A stretch of DNA of 64,000 nucleotides from Chara braunii. Lineage: Eukaryota; Plantae; Charophyceae. The notes under the pieces are model-generated. The model saw only the letters and a program-made list of their open reading frames with translations. It was not told where the DNA came from and made no database searches. A program made the position numbers and the translations under genes. The stretch covers positions 6,235,115 through 6,299,114 of the forward strand of contig BFEA01000007.1 of NCBI GenBank assembly GCA_003427395.1, given 5' to 3'. Below, piece by piece: positions 62,850-64,000 of this stretch. Within the stretch, counting starts at the first letter, position 1, and each line of letters begins with the position of its first letter.

Positions 62850-63620
62850 GAAAACCCAGTCTTAAAGAAAACAGACTTGCACAGATACAAAAAAATAGAT
62901 TTGCACAGTACACAGATTGCATAAAAAATTTACAGATTTTGGTCGCTTTTCCTGGAGAAGGGAGAGCCAAAAAATACAGATTTGCATTCGGCGGCCCGGA
63001 CGGTGTCGGATGCCCACGTAGCTCGATGGGCCCTTTGTTTATACCCTATGGAAGACCCCCATAAAGTTTGGTTGGATTCCGTCGTCGGTTGCCCCAACTT
63101 GCCTTTTTTGGGCATCGCCTGAGGCTCTAAGCGAACAGTTCGGGGAAGTCCATTTTCCGCTTTTGTAGGAAAACGGACTCAGATGGCCTGCAGATTTTGC
63201 AGGCCATCTCTCTCTATGCCTATGATATGAGGTCTGTGAAGTAACAACCCTCATACCCCTATTTTTGGTGGAGTTGGCTACCGGTTTCCCGGACCACACC
63301 GGCGCCTTAGCCTCTTCCGCACCGGCCTTTGCTTCGGGGGACCAGCTAACGGTTCTCAGTAGCAGCAGCAGCCCGGCTTGGCCACACATCAACAGGAGCA
63401 ACAGCAGAGCCTTCCTTACTAGCAGCAGCATCCGCAATAGCAGTAGCAGCAGTAGTAACAACCCTCTGCCTACCTTCCTTTTACCTCGTTCGATTAGAGC
63501 ACGGGGGGGGGGGGGGGGGNNNNNNNNNNNNNNNNNNNNNNNNNNNNNNNNNNNNNNNNNNNNNGCAAAATCGGGATTCAAATAGAGCACGGGGGAGGCG
63601 AACTACTGCAAACGCAGTGC
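62850..63620 (-). repeat. Inverted diverged copy of block 26150-26940
   Basis: Collinear matches including ccccgtgctctatttgaa, tgagaaccgtt, gacttccccgaa and ggcgatgccc. Confidence 0.85.
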
Positions 63621-63659
63621 CTGTCATGCTTATGCAGCAAAGAAGAGTATCCATGGATG

Positions 63660-64000
63660 AACCGGGATATTGCTAAATGGGAGATGAGTGACCTGAATAG
63701 TGTGACAGACTATAACATACATATGCAGCTATTGAGGCAACAAGGATTGATCTGGAACATCACCAAGTGGAAGATGAGTGAACTGCACAAGTGTGACTTA
63801 GACTAAACATACATATGAAGCTATGAAAGCAACAAGACTAAACTGGAACATTACCAAGTGGAGGATGAGTGATCTGCACAAGTGTGACTAAGACTACACA
63901 TACACATGGAAGCAACTAGGATTGCACTGGAACATTACCAAGTAGAAGACGAGTGAACTGCGCAAGTGTGATTAGACCACCCATACACATGAATCTATGG
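63660..64000. repeat. ~85-91-bp tandem repeat running off the window end
   Basis: ctggaacattaccaagtggaagatgagtgaactgcacaagtgtgact recurs at ~63752, 63843 and 63928. Confidence 0.85.

Overview
Repeat-saturated eukaryotic DNA from a gapped draft assembly, with no intact host gene. A plant/streptophyte origin such as Chara is an inference from the element types and the plant-type tRNA-Asp primer-binding site. In order, the window holds: (1) a decayed L1/Tx1-type LINE (~0.3-4.0 kb); (2) a decayed + strand non-chromovirus Ty3/gypsy element with a tRNA-Asp PBS, an extra pre-gag coding region and a hAT MITE (~5.0-14.9 kb), joined directly to (3) a hAT transposase pseudogene with a very long low-complexity C-terminal extension (14.9-18.8 kb); (4) GC-rich hAT-type ends (19.9-21.6 kb); (5) a ~172-bp satellite carrying nested MITEs (22.4-26.0 kb); (6) a unique block plus ~54-bp repeat that recurs inverted and diverged at 62.2-63.6 kb; (7) two related ~81-bp satellite arrays facing each other (28.9-38.5 kb and 42.9-46.3 kb), the first with a tRNA-derived SINE; (8) a - strand chromovirus (48.0-53.7 kb); (9) a further decayed gag-like element (58-61.2 kb). 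The most unusual region is 54.7-56.0 kb on the - strand. There a degenerate 28S rDNA segment has the ~110 nt next to the R2/I-PpoI target site amplified about 5 times in tandem, while the target site itself is deleted. It lies directly upstream of an intronless ORF resembling the left-handed beta-helix C-terminus of eIF2B-gamma. All homology calls were made by eye against remembered consensus sequences and need database confirmation.
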